A stretch of DNA of 64,000 nt. Source: Candidatus Heimdallarchaeota archaeon. GTDB lineage: Archaea > Asgardarchaeota > Heimdallarchaeia > Hodarchaeales > Hodarchaeaceae. The translations under genes and the position numbers were made by a program. The stretch's first letter is position 1. Every line of letters begins with the position of its first letter. The DNA lies in the NCBI GenBank assembly GCA_020353515.1, contig CP070695.1, positions 2,674,155 through 2,738,154 on the forward strand. Direction: 5' to 3'. A model generated the notes under the pieces. It did no database searches, was not told the origin of the DNA, and worked only from the letters and a program-made list of their open reading frames with translations. Of this stretch, positions 39,860 to 48,417 are shown one piece after another.

Positions 39860-40870
39860 TTGAAACTGGAAGATCTCGCAGAAGCAGCTATTGCTGCAGG
39901 AGATACACTTCCAAAGCTGGATAAATTAGACTTAGCAAGCATAGAGCGGTTAACTGAATCAGCGATTGAACATGAGAATCTTCCTGCCTTAATGTCTTTA
40001 GCTAAAATTAACAAATATGCTGTTTCCAACACATTAAATACTGATAGAATAGTTTCTTTAGGTCGAGTGGCTGGATCTGGGGGGGTTTATACACCTCGGC
40101 TTTATTTTGTTATGAGAGGTGTCCTTGATATCAAACGGAGAGCAATCCTGAAACGTTTAACTCGTACATCAATCTTGAAATTATCTCTCAGAATTGCTTC
40201 CGAAGGATTACGAGGAGATTTACCTGTCCGAGGAGAATACCAACCTGAAAGTGATTTTGATTTAGACGCGACGATGGACCAGTTATTAGAGAGGTATCCG
40301 ACAGGTATTCCAACCTTGAAGAGAAGTGATATCATTGGGATCGAGAGACGAGAACGGAAAAAAAATGGGGTACTCATCCTAGATGCTAGTGGTTCGATGA
40401 TGGGGGAACGGAATATTAACGCGGCGTTATCTGCCGCGGTAATGGCCTATTCAATGCGACACGATAAATTTGGAGTCATTGCATTCAATACTAAGGCATT
40501 TTTGATCAAAGGAATCAAAGATGAGCTCACTATCCAAGATATCATGGATAGAATACTCGATTTAGAAGCAGTAGGATACACCAACATTGAAGATGCCCTA
40601 AGAGAAGGGGCATTACAATTGAAGGGGCTAAAAACACGATTTAAATGGGCAATTTTGTTAACAGATGGCGCTTATAATAAGGGAGATGACCCACGCTACC
40701 TTTGCAAGAAGTTTGAGAAATTACACGTGCTGAATTTACCAGGAGGTAAAAAATGGGGAGAACGTGTCTGTAAAGACTTAGCTCGCCTTGGTGGTGGGCG
40801 CTATGTGGTCGTTAGAAGTTATCATGAAGTTCCCAGAGCCCTTATGAAGATTCTCAGGGCTCCTTGGTAG
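39860..40870 (+). CDS. vWA-domain protein (frame open from 39767; probably the C-terminal part of a frameshift fusion)
   Basis: ILDASGSM MIDAS, GYTNIEDAL, LLTDG; the annotated start is TTG with no upstream in-frame ATG. Confidence 0.88.
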   Translation: MKLEDLAEAAIAAGDTLPKLDKLDLASIERLTESAIEHENLPALMSLAKINKYAVSNTLNTDRIVSLGRVAGSGGVYTPRLYFVMRGVLDIKRRAILKRLTRTSILKLSLRIASEGLRGDLPVRGEYQPESDFDLDATMDQLLERYPTGIPTLKRSDIIGIERRERKKNGVLILDASGSMMGERNINAALSAAVMAYSMRHDKFGVIAFNTKAFLIKGIKDELTIQDIMDRILDLEAVGYTNIEDALREGALQLKGLKTRFKWAILLTDGAYNKGDDPRYLCKKFEKLHVLNLPGGKKWGERVCKDLARLGGGRYVVVRSYHEVPRALMKILRAPW

Positions 40871-41361
40871 AAATTAAATCTTCGTTTTCCACTGAAAGTA
40901 TATTGGGATTATTTGTGAATATCGGGATAGAGAAAGCTGGAGTTCAAGCATGGTTTGTTTATCGACGTATAGATAGAATAATTCTCTATTCTCGTATTTA
41001 TTCTGCGCTAGCAGGCGACATAACACCAGAAAAAGCTGTTGCTTTCAGCGAAATTTCAACAACACTTCTTCATCAGATAAAAAGTCATTATCCTTGGATA
41101 CAGGCTGAAAAATTGCATAATATCGAACTTGACACCCATGAAATCCGAACTCTTTACGGAAAATTCGTTATGCTGGTTCTCATCGCACGACGGGGAAAAT
41201 CGGTTAAAAAAGTCTATCAGTTACACGAAAAAATGCTTTCAATTATAGAAACAGATGCGGAAGGACGTTTGGCTTCTCAAGTTCATGAACCAGAAATTCT
41301 CAGCGATATTTGGGTAAAATGCGAAGAATTATTACGTCCTTACATCATTCATTTATTCTAG
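40864..41361 (+). CDS. Longin-like small domain protein
   Basis: beta-beta-alpha-beta-beta-beta-alpha pattern: WFVYRR..IILYSRIY...LHNIELDTHEIRTLYGKFVMLVLIA...KMLSIIE. Confidence 0.45.
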   Translation: MVEIKSSFSTESILGLFVNIGIEKAGVQAWFVYRRIDRIILYSRIYSALAGDITPEKAVAFSEISTTLLHQIKSHYPWIQAEKLHNIELDTHEIRTLYGKFVMLVLIARRGKSVKKVYQLHEKMLSIIETDAEGRLASQVHEPEILSDIWVKCEELLRPYIIHLF

Positions 41362-41373
41362 AATATGAAAATC

Positions 41374-42114
41374 TTAGATCTCCTGGTTGAGAACGTGCCG
41401 TAAACGATCAGGATAATTGGTCAGTAATCCATCTACACCTAAGTTCAATACTCGTTTCATTTCATCTGGCTCATCAGCATAAAAATAAAATACTCTAATG
41501 TCATTATCATGACATTTGTTTAAAAAGGATGTTTCAAGTGCAGAGGGACGTATTTGAGCAGTTTTCAGTTTTAACCTTGATATTATTTTGAAGTATTCAG
41601 TAGGACTCCGTTCTTTTTGTAACAGGGCATAATCTATTTCAGGATCAATTTCCTGTAACCTGCTAATATTTTCTTCATATCTAGCTGTTATCACAGTTCT
41701 ATCTTCTATCTTATGTTTCTTAATGATGCTGATTATCTCATTCTCAAACCAATTCGTGCCAGGATCGTAATACTTCAATTCGATGTTATAGTGAATATTC
41801 GTGGATGAGGTTTCCTCTAATACTTCTGGAAATGTGGGGATTCTTTCTCCTTGGTACTTTTGGTCAAACCAGCTCCCCGCATCTAATGATCTTAAATATT
41901 CAAATGTTAAATCTGGTATCCTTCCTTTTCCATTCGTTGTTCTCTCTATCCCATGACGATCATGGTAGACCACAAGCTGAGAGTCCTTTGTTGGTTGGAT
42001 ATCAAATTCTATCATGTCAGCAAAAATTAAACCCTGTTTAAAGCAAGTAATTGTGTTTTCGGGACCTAAACCTGCCCCTCCACGATGAGCAATATTCAAC
42101 ACTAATGGTTTCAC
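41374..42114 (-). CDS. Glycerophosphodiester phosphodiesterase
   Basis: IAHRGG..PENT, IEFDIQ.TKD, YHD, NIELK, GVDGLLTNYP. Confidence 0.93.
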   Translation of the reverse strand: MKPLVLNIAHRGGAGLGPENTITCFKQGLIFADMIEFDIQPTKDSQLVVYHDRHGIERTTNGKGRIPDLTFEYLRSLDAGSWFDQKYQGERIPTFPEVLEETSSTNIHYNIELKYYDPGTNWFENEIISIIKKHKIEDRTVITARYEENISRLQEIDPEIDYALLQKERSPTEYFKIISRLKLKTAQIRPSALETSFLNKCHDNDIRVFYFYADEPDEMKRVLNLGVDGLLTNYPDRLRHVLNQEI

Positions 42115-42469
42115 CTAGAATATTAAAATGATCAGAATGTTAATTCATTTACGAAAACCATATGGTAAGAAATGCATTACTTAATGACCTGGTAAGAAGC
42201 TTCATATCATGTTTCATTCCCACCCCTACCTTTCCTTCTACTGGAGATTCTCTTTTAATAATAATTTTATATCTTACCATATGATATTATATATTCTCAT
42301 AACATAAATAATAATTGGTTTAAACAAAAAAGTCACAAAAATCTTAGAAAAAATTCTTTTCTTTTTCTCAAATAGAGAATAAGATCTACTTTTTAAGGAA
42401 TTAACCTTTTTTTGTCGTATTTATTTCCTTTATAAACCAATAATTTTTTTAGATTATCTAGTTCCACAT

Positions 42470-43324
42470 GTTCCATCGGAAATCAACGGGTAAGGGGTTC
42501 CGACTTTATTCCACAAATTACATTAAATCCCAAGAAGCACAAAAGTTGTTTGTAAAAAAGAAAGATTAACGGCAATTAAATGGTAACTAATGATGAAAAA
42601 CATTACGCTATTCGATAAAAAACTTTGGGTCTTCCTTTTGTTCTCCTAGGTGTTGAAAATTTTATTACAACTTTTTTTAATATCAATCTGTTTAACGCAT
42701 CATAAATAGTTGTTCTAGGAATTCCTGTTTTTTTACATAACTCCGTTCGTGTAGTGGGTTGAATTTCTGACAAGACACTCAAAACAATTCGATCTGTCTC
42801 ATTAGTTAATTCATTCTCTGGTATACTTGAATGTTTTAAATCAAAATCATCTTTTTCCTTTTTTGATGATAGAGAATTCTGAAGATATTGTGTCATATCT
42901 TATCACTAGTATCTTTATATCACTGTTACTTAACCTTACAAATGGCCATATTTAAGACTTTCAGTATATCATCAATGTTAAAGATAACAAAAACACCATG
43001 AATAAGTATTTATAAAAAATATCCATTTACAAATCTAATATCGTTAAAAGAGATGATAGATTCACACACTTAGGTCCTAATGCTGAGATTAATCAATGAG
43101 CTTTTTACTCACATTGAAATAAGTCTCACATCCTTTCACAGGAAGTGTAGGTTAAAATGGTGTTAAGTGTTGTATTTTCCCTGATAAATGAACTATCCGT
43201 TATATAATAGGTGTTAATGAATTTTAATATTGATATTCGCTCTTTTAGCAAGATTCATAAACATGTTGATTAAAAAAATATTAATTCACAGTAGCTATTC
43301 TCACCCCTGTATTTCCATTGGAAC
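42470..43324. other. Candidate replication origin bounded by inverted ORB elements
   Basis: + strand GTTCCATCGGAAATCAACGGGT (42470-42491) and - strand GTTCCAATGGAAATACAGGGGT (43303-43324); AT-rich interior; ~2 kb from cdc6. Confidence 0.7.
42603..42896 (-). CDS. Small winged-helix (TrmB-like HTH) protein
   Basis: PTTRTELCKKTGIPRTTIYDALNRL...KGRPKVFY. Confidence 0.8.
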   Translation of the reverse strand: MTQYLQNSLSSKKEKDDFDLKHSSIPENELTNETDRIVLSVLSEIQPTTRTELCKKTGIPRTTIYDALNRLILKKVVIKFSTPRRTKGRPKVFYRIA

Positions 43325-43717
43325 TTATGTTTGAAAATTTAGGAAATTATCTTGTTGGATTTCACATAGATAATGATCTAATATGAAAAATGTTCTTACT
43401 AAAGTGCATTAAATGTTGAAAGAAAGTAGTTTAATATTACATTAACCGATTATAGTTCAATTAACGGTATTTGATAAAAATTAAGTAGGAATTTCTTATT
43501 CACACTTTCTGATAAATCAAAGTTTATCATGAGAAAAGTTATTTACATGTTAAAGAAAAAATTCGACAAAGTCAATTGTGATAGTTATAGATATTATAGA
43601 GGTATAGATCAAACTTTATTAGAGTGAAGGTAACAAGGTTACATGTGAAAGGCCAAATATCAAAAAATAAACTTCACTATTATTCAATTTATTTAATTAA
43701 AAAGCAAGGTTTTTACT

Positions 43718-44200
43718 ATGCGTGAAACAGGATCTAAAGTTACTGCGAATAATGACAAATTTACAATATCCTTTGATAGAAAAATTAGGTTGGGTCCTTT
43801 ACACACACTTATTGAGGGGTATTTACAACTAACTAGGGATCAACAGAAACAAGTCGATTATTTATTAGAGTCCCTCTTGATGGAAAATGAAATTCATGAG
43901 GAATATTCAGAAGCAAACATTGATAGATTGGCTGTTCTTTCACTCACTGATTTGAAAACTAAAAAAGAAAGAATTCTTAACATCGTTAGGAACAGAGCTA
44001 ATCCTAATTATCTTACTGCTCGGGAGATCCAAGAATTATATCAACATTATATGAAAGAGGAAGTAGGAATCTCAACAATTCAAACAAACTTAAATCGTCT
44101 AGTAGATGCTGGATTAGTCGAACGTCAGGAAGGAGTAAATCCAATTGAGTATCGAATTAATCCTAAGAAAGCTCAAGAGATTCCAAAAGTGTTGATGTAA
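43718..44200 (+). CDS. Protein with C-terminal winged-helix domain
   Basis: KERILNIV...LTAREIQELY...VGISTIQTNLNRLVDAGLVER...EYRI. Confidence 0.75.
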   Translation: MRETGSKVTANNDKFTISFDRKIRLGPLHTLIEGYLQLTRDQQKQVDYLLESLLMENEIHEEYSEANIDRLAVLSLTDLKTKKERILNIVRNRANPNYLTAREIQELYQHYMKEEVGISTIQTNLNRLVDAGLVERQEGVNPIEYRINPKKAQEIPKVLM

Positions 44201-44365
44201 CAAGCATTCTCTCTCTGAACAGATTTTTTACTTATCTAGGCTTGTTTTATCTCTCCCTAATTCTTTTGGGTGGTGAGACATTTACTTTTCAGAACGTAAT
44301 TTCTAGATATTTTCGAATCTTAAATTGTTATGAGATGATAAATGATGTAGAAATGTAATTGGTGG

Positions 44366-44662
44366 ATGTTAATGTCCAATAATCAAATTCTGAAAATATC
44401 TGAAAAAAGGCAAACTTCTCCAGAATTAAAACCTGCTCCAATAAAGAAACCAGCAATAGTTCATGAGTTAGATCGTAATGTTTTGGAGATTCTAAAAAAT
44501 GAAGGTCCAATAACAAGATCAAGATTAGTAGCAATCACAGGAATAGCACGATCCACGCTATATGATAGCTTATTGCGATTAATTTTAAAAGGATATGTAG
44601 CAAGATTTTCTGAAGAACGTAGGCAAAGAGGCCGCCCAAAAATTTTTTATAAGGTAGCTTAA
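44366..44662 (+). CDS. Small winged-helix (TrmB-like HTH) protein, paralog of 42603-42896
   Basis: PITRSRLVAITGIARSTLYDSLLRL...RGRPKIFY. Confidence 0.8.
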   Translation: MLMSNNQILKISEKRQTSPELKPAPIKKPAIVHELDRNVLEILKNEGPITRSRLVAITGIARSTLYDSLLRLILKGYVARFSEERRQRGRPKIFYKVA

Positions 44663-44805
44663 TCTTTTTCTTCACAAAATAACATCTAATTGCTGGTAAT
44701 TGTACTTTTTTACGAATGACTTTAGTATTCTTGATAGATTGAGCTTGAATTGAAAATAATTAATCATATGGTAAGATTTTTTTTATACTTGGAGAAAAAT
44801 CCGTT

Positions 44806-45141
44806 ATGGCCTCAGTGATAGTTAAATGGCAAAACTGTGGTAAACAAGCTTGTAGATGCAGGGAGGGGATGTTACATGGTCCTTATTTCTGGCTTGTATC
44901 GTATATTTCTAAGAAATCTGATGATAGAAGACGGGGAAAGTATTCTTGGCGATATCTAGGTAAGAATCCAATGGATGTCTGGAAAAAATTAGAAATTCTA
45001 GACGAAAGGTTTAAGGAAAAATATGATCTTCTTGATCTAAACACCAGATTAAACAAAATAGCTAAAATGAGAGAAAAAATTCCTGATGTAAAAACAACGG
45101 AACGAATTTTAACAATAGATGATGTCTTAAGAGGGAAATAA
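44806..45141 (+). CDS. Cys/His-motif protein (DUF6788-like)
   Basis: CGKQACRCREGMLHGPYFW...WRYLGK. Confidence 0.6.
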   Translation: MASVIVKWQNCGKQACRCREGMLHGPYFWLVSYISKKSDDRRRGKYSWRYLGKNPMDVWKKLEILDERFKEKYDLLDLNTRLNKIAKMREKIPDVKTTERILTIDDVLRGK

Positions 45142-45240
45142 TCATTAAATAAAAGTGTAAATAACTATTTAGAATGAGGAAGGGATTATTCGGATGAAAA
45201 ACAGCAATGTAATACCATGATAACATGTTGATTTTTATGA

Positions 45241-45259
45241 TTCGAGTGGAAATACAGGT
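45241..45259 (+). promoter_or_regulatory. ORB-like box just upstream of cdc6
   Basis: TTCGAGTGGAAATACAGGT shares GGAAATACAGG with the ORB at 43303-43324. Confidence 0.5.
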
Positions 45260-45294
45260 AATGCTATTGGAACGAACTAATTTGAACATGTCAG

Positions 45295-46539
45295 GTGAGA
45301 GGCTTACTATTGAATCAATACGATAATTCCGATGTAACTTTAGATGAGATATTCGAGGGATATCTGAAATCGCCTAAATTATTTAAACGACGCGATGTTC
45401 TTGACAGTTCTTTTGTTCCTGAAAATCTCCCCCATCGTACTGAACAAATCAAACAACTAGGATATATTTTGGCATCTGTTCTTCGTGGGGCTAAGCCTAG
45501 CAATATTTTATGCTTTGGAAAAACGGGAACGGGAAAAACAGCTGTATCTAAATATGTTTTAAACATTTTAGGCAAAAAAGCACCTCAACATGGGCTTCGA
45601 ATCGAAGTTGCTTATTTGAACTGCAATACGGTTGATACAAATTATCGGGTTTTTGCGGATTTATGTAGTACACTGGGTATTGAAGTACCCTTCACAGGTC
45701 TTGCAACAGATGAAGTCTTTACTCGGTTCAAACAAGGTTTAGATCAACGAGAATCCTTATTTATTGTTGTACTTGACGAAATAGATAGTTTGATTAAAAA
45801 ATCTGGAAATGAAACTCTCTATAATTTAACCCGAATTAATTCTGATCTAAGTCGTGCGAAAGTGAGTTTGATTGGTATATCTAACGATTTGAAATTTAAA
45901 GAATATCTGGATCCACGAGTATTATCATCACTATCAGAAGAAGAGCTTGTTTTCAAACCCTATGAAGCTCCTGAAATTACTGATATATTAGTTGAGAGAG
46001 CTGAATTAGCATTCCAAAACAAAACTTTATCTGAAGGTGTTATCAATATGATAGCAGCGATAGCTGCTCAAGAACATGGGGATGCTCGTAGAGCGATTGA
46101 CCTTTTACGTGTCTCTGCTGAGATAGCTGAGAGAGAAGGGACTGAAAAAATAAATCAGGCACATGTTAAAAAGGCACAAGGGGCAATAGAGAGAAATACT
46201 TTAACTGAGGTAATTAGTACCTTACCATTACAATCAAAAATGGTAATTCTATCCATCTATGTGTTAGAGAGAATTACTGATAATACTGAAACAGTTTCTA
46301 CTGGAGATGTCTATGAAGAATATGCACGTATATGCAAAGAGCTGGGAATGGATTCCTTAACCCAAAGGCGTGTTGGTGATCTAATTAACGAATTAGATGC
46401 TTTGGGGATAATTAGTGCCCGAGTTGTATCAAGAGGTAGACATGGCCGAACAAAAGAAATACGGTTTAGTATCCCAAAATCATTATTAGAAATGACTATA
46501 AAGGAAGATAAGATGATTTCAGGAAAGATTGCGCTATAA
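45295..46539 (+). CDS. cdc6: Orc1/Cdc6 replication initiator
   Basis: PENLPHR, GKTGTGKT, VLDEID, LDPRVLSSL, GDARRAIDLLR, SRGRHGRT wing. Confidence 0.97.
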   Translation: MRGLLLNQYDNSDVTLDEIFEGYLKSPKLFKRRDVLDSSFVPENLPHRTEQIKQLGYILASVLRGAKPSNILCFGKTGTGKTAVSKYVLNILGKKAPQHGLRIEVAYLNCNTVDTNYRVFADLCSTLGIEVPFTGLATDEVFTRFKQGLDQRESLFIVVLDEIDSLIKKSGNETLYNLTRINSDLSRAKVSLIGISNDLKFKEYLDPRVLSSLSEEELVFKPYEAPEITDILVERAELAFQNKTLSEGVINMIAAIAAQEHGDARRAIDLLRVSAEIAEREGTEKINQAHVKKAQGAIERNTLTEVISTLPLQSKMVILSIYVLERITDNTETVSTGDVYEEYARICKELGMDSLTQRRVGDLINELDALGIISARVVSRGRHGRTKEIRFSIPKSLLEMTIKEDKMISGKIAL

Positions 46540-46570
46540 TTATTATGAAATGAGCCTTTTTTTCCCTATT

Positions 46571-48190
46571 TTAAAGAATCTTAAGATCTATCATCTCTAC
46601 ATTTCCTGAGACTGCATCAAGAATTGGAATTATTCCAAGCGATGCCTTTCCTTCTAATTGGGTTTTTTTTTGGTTGTCTCGTTGGAAAGTTCCACATGTG
46701 ATTATTTTAATCCCCTTATATTCTTCGAAATATGCATGATGTAGATGTCCAGACACAATAACGTCAGGTACCTCATCTATAACTAGATAATCTCTTTTAA
46801 AAGGAGCAAGAGGATCATATGATCCATATTCAGGATAAAGATGACGATACTCTAAAAGGTGTTTTATGGCTAATGTTGGCTTTGCATTAGGTTTTTGGAA
46901 AGATTTTTGGAAAAGCTCATAATTCCCTTGTCCGTGAAATATTAACAACTTCATTTTTTCTAGGGATAACCGGAGAGGATTGCCATGACTCGTTAAATTC
47001 GGAATTGTTAAAAGAGCTTGGCTAATCTGTCTATCAATCGCTGGTTGAGGAAGAGCTGCCTGTGTTGCGTCATGTTCTCCTGGAATAATTAAAATTTGGA
47101 TATGAGATGGAATTTCCATTAATGCTTTTGCTAAGCCTTGGTATTGAGCTTGAAGTGAATATGAGGATATTTGTTCTTTTTGGTCTGAAAATCGTCCTAC
47201 TCCATCCACAAGGTCTCCAACAATAATTATTGTCTTAATTTCTTTAGCAATATTTTTATAAATCGGATCCAGATCCTGTAAAGTTAAAAACTTGATTAAT
47301 TTTGCGAAAACACTACGTGAAAAGTATTTTGATCCAAAATGTAGATCAGCTATGAATAAAAGTTTATGTGGATTTTTAATAGGGTTAAATTGGGTAGGTG
47401 AAAATCCTGGTCTGATAATGTCTCTTCCCCAAAAAGCAGTAATATCCCCCCCTCTAAAATTTTTTGGCAAAATCCCTGATATTCCTATAACAGTATCTCG
47501 GATGATATCTCGATATTCAGGGAAACTTGGACTATCTTGGACCATCACACAATTAGTAATTATTCCACTTTTAGGATCCTCTAATTGAATAACAAACTTA
47601 TTGGTATGCAGTACCCTGGTATCTTGAACCATCCCAATGAGGATTCCACTTTTATCTTTAGGAATTTCTTCTTCTCGCATTTCACTATCTAAAATCGCAT
47701 CAGAATCGTCAAAATTCTCCATAAAAATGCTTGAAAGCTGTTCAAAGCGATTTTGAAATAATTGTCGAAAAGCTGAGAAATCTGGTTTAGCAGAAGCTTT
47801 TTCTGGAATGTCTAGTTTTACAGTTATTTGCGAAGAAGGGTGAGGAACAGTCTGAGTAAAGTCTTGTTCTATCTGAAGTTCGTCAGATTGCACTAATGAT
47901 TTATTTGTCTCTTCTTTAACCGCTCTATCAGTCTTCTCAATGGATAGCTTGGTAGATTTGCCTATTTTTACCGCATTATTCCCATTCACAGATTGAATAG
48001 ACGAATCAAGAGGCTCTAGATATTTTTCTATTAATGGTAGATTTAATACAGGAATATTTGGAGGGATTTTCATAATTTTTTCTCTGAGAGTCTTTTCAGA
48101 GATTTCTTTCTGTAGAATATGATCTAGAGCATCAGCTGCAATATTGAAATTGTACTCTAAGAAAATTCTGATTAACTTCGTTCTGTCCAA
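46571..48190 (-). CDS. polB: DNA polymerase D small subunit DP1 (divergent)
   Basis: OB fold plus calcineurin-like motifs DLHFGS, GDLVDG, PGEHD, HG, GHLH; DYLVIDEVPD. Confidence 0.85.
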   Translation of the reverse strand: MDRTKLIRIFLEYNFNIAADALDHILQKEISEKTLREKIMKIPPNIPVLNLPLIEKYLEPLDSSIQSVNGNNAVKIGKSTKLSIEKTDRAVKEETNKSLVQSDELQIEQDFTQTVPHPSSQITVKLDIPEKASAKPDFSAFRQLFQNRFEQLSSIFMENFDDSDAILDSEMREEEIPKDKSGILIGMVQDTRVLHTNKFVIQLEDPKSGIITNCVMVQDSPSFPEYRDIIRDTVIGISGILPKNFRGGDITAFWGRDIIRPGFSPTQFNPIKNPHKLLFIADLHFGSKYFSRSVFAKLIKFLTLQDLDPIYKNIAKEIKTIIIVGDLVDGVGRFSDQKEQISSYSLQAQYQGLAKALMEIPSHIQILIIPGEHDATQAALPQPAIDRQISQALLTIPNLTSHGNPLRLSLEKMKLLIFHGQGNYELFQKSFQKPNAKPTLAIKHLLEYRHLYPEYGSYDPLAPFKRDYLVIDEVPDVIVSGHLHHAYFEEYKGIKIITCGTFQRDNQKKTQLEGKASLGIIPILDAVSGNVEMIDLKIL

Positions 48191-48417
48191 GCTAAAATAA
48201 ACCCCAAGAATGATTGATTAAGAGATAGATGAGGTGTTGAATTGAATTCAACGAAGTTGTCATTTCATACTATTCATTTAATGTCAGAATTGTTTTCACT
48301 AAAAAAGCTAACTTCAAAAATCCTTGATAAGATTCCCCTTTTTATGGGGAAAAGATCTTTAAAAAAGAGTTCCATGTCAGAGAGTTTCATTACTTCTCTG
48401 ACCGAGATTTTTTAGAA

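Noticed and set aside
48333-48395. Two hairpins downstream of aglB
   Set aside because: Possibly terminator-like but not diagnostic; no in-frame UGA nearby to justify a SECIS call.
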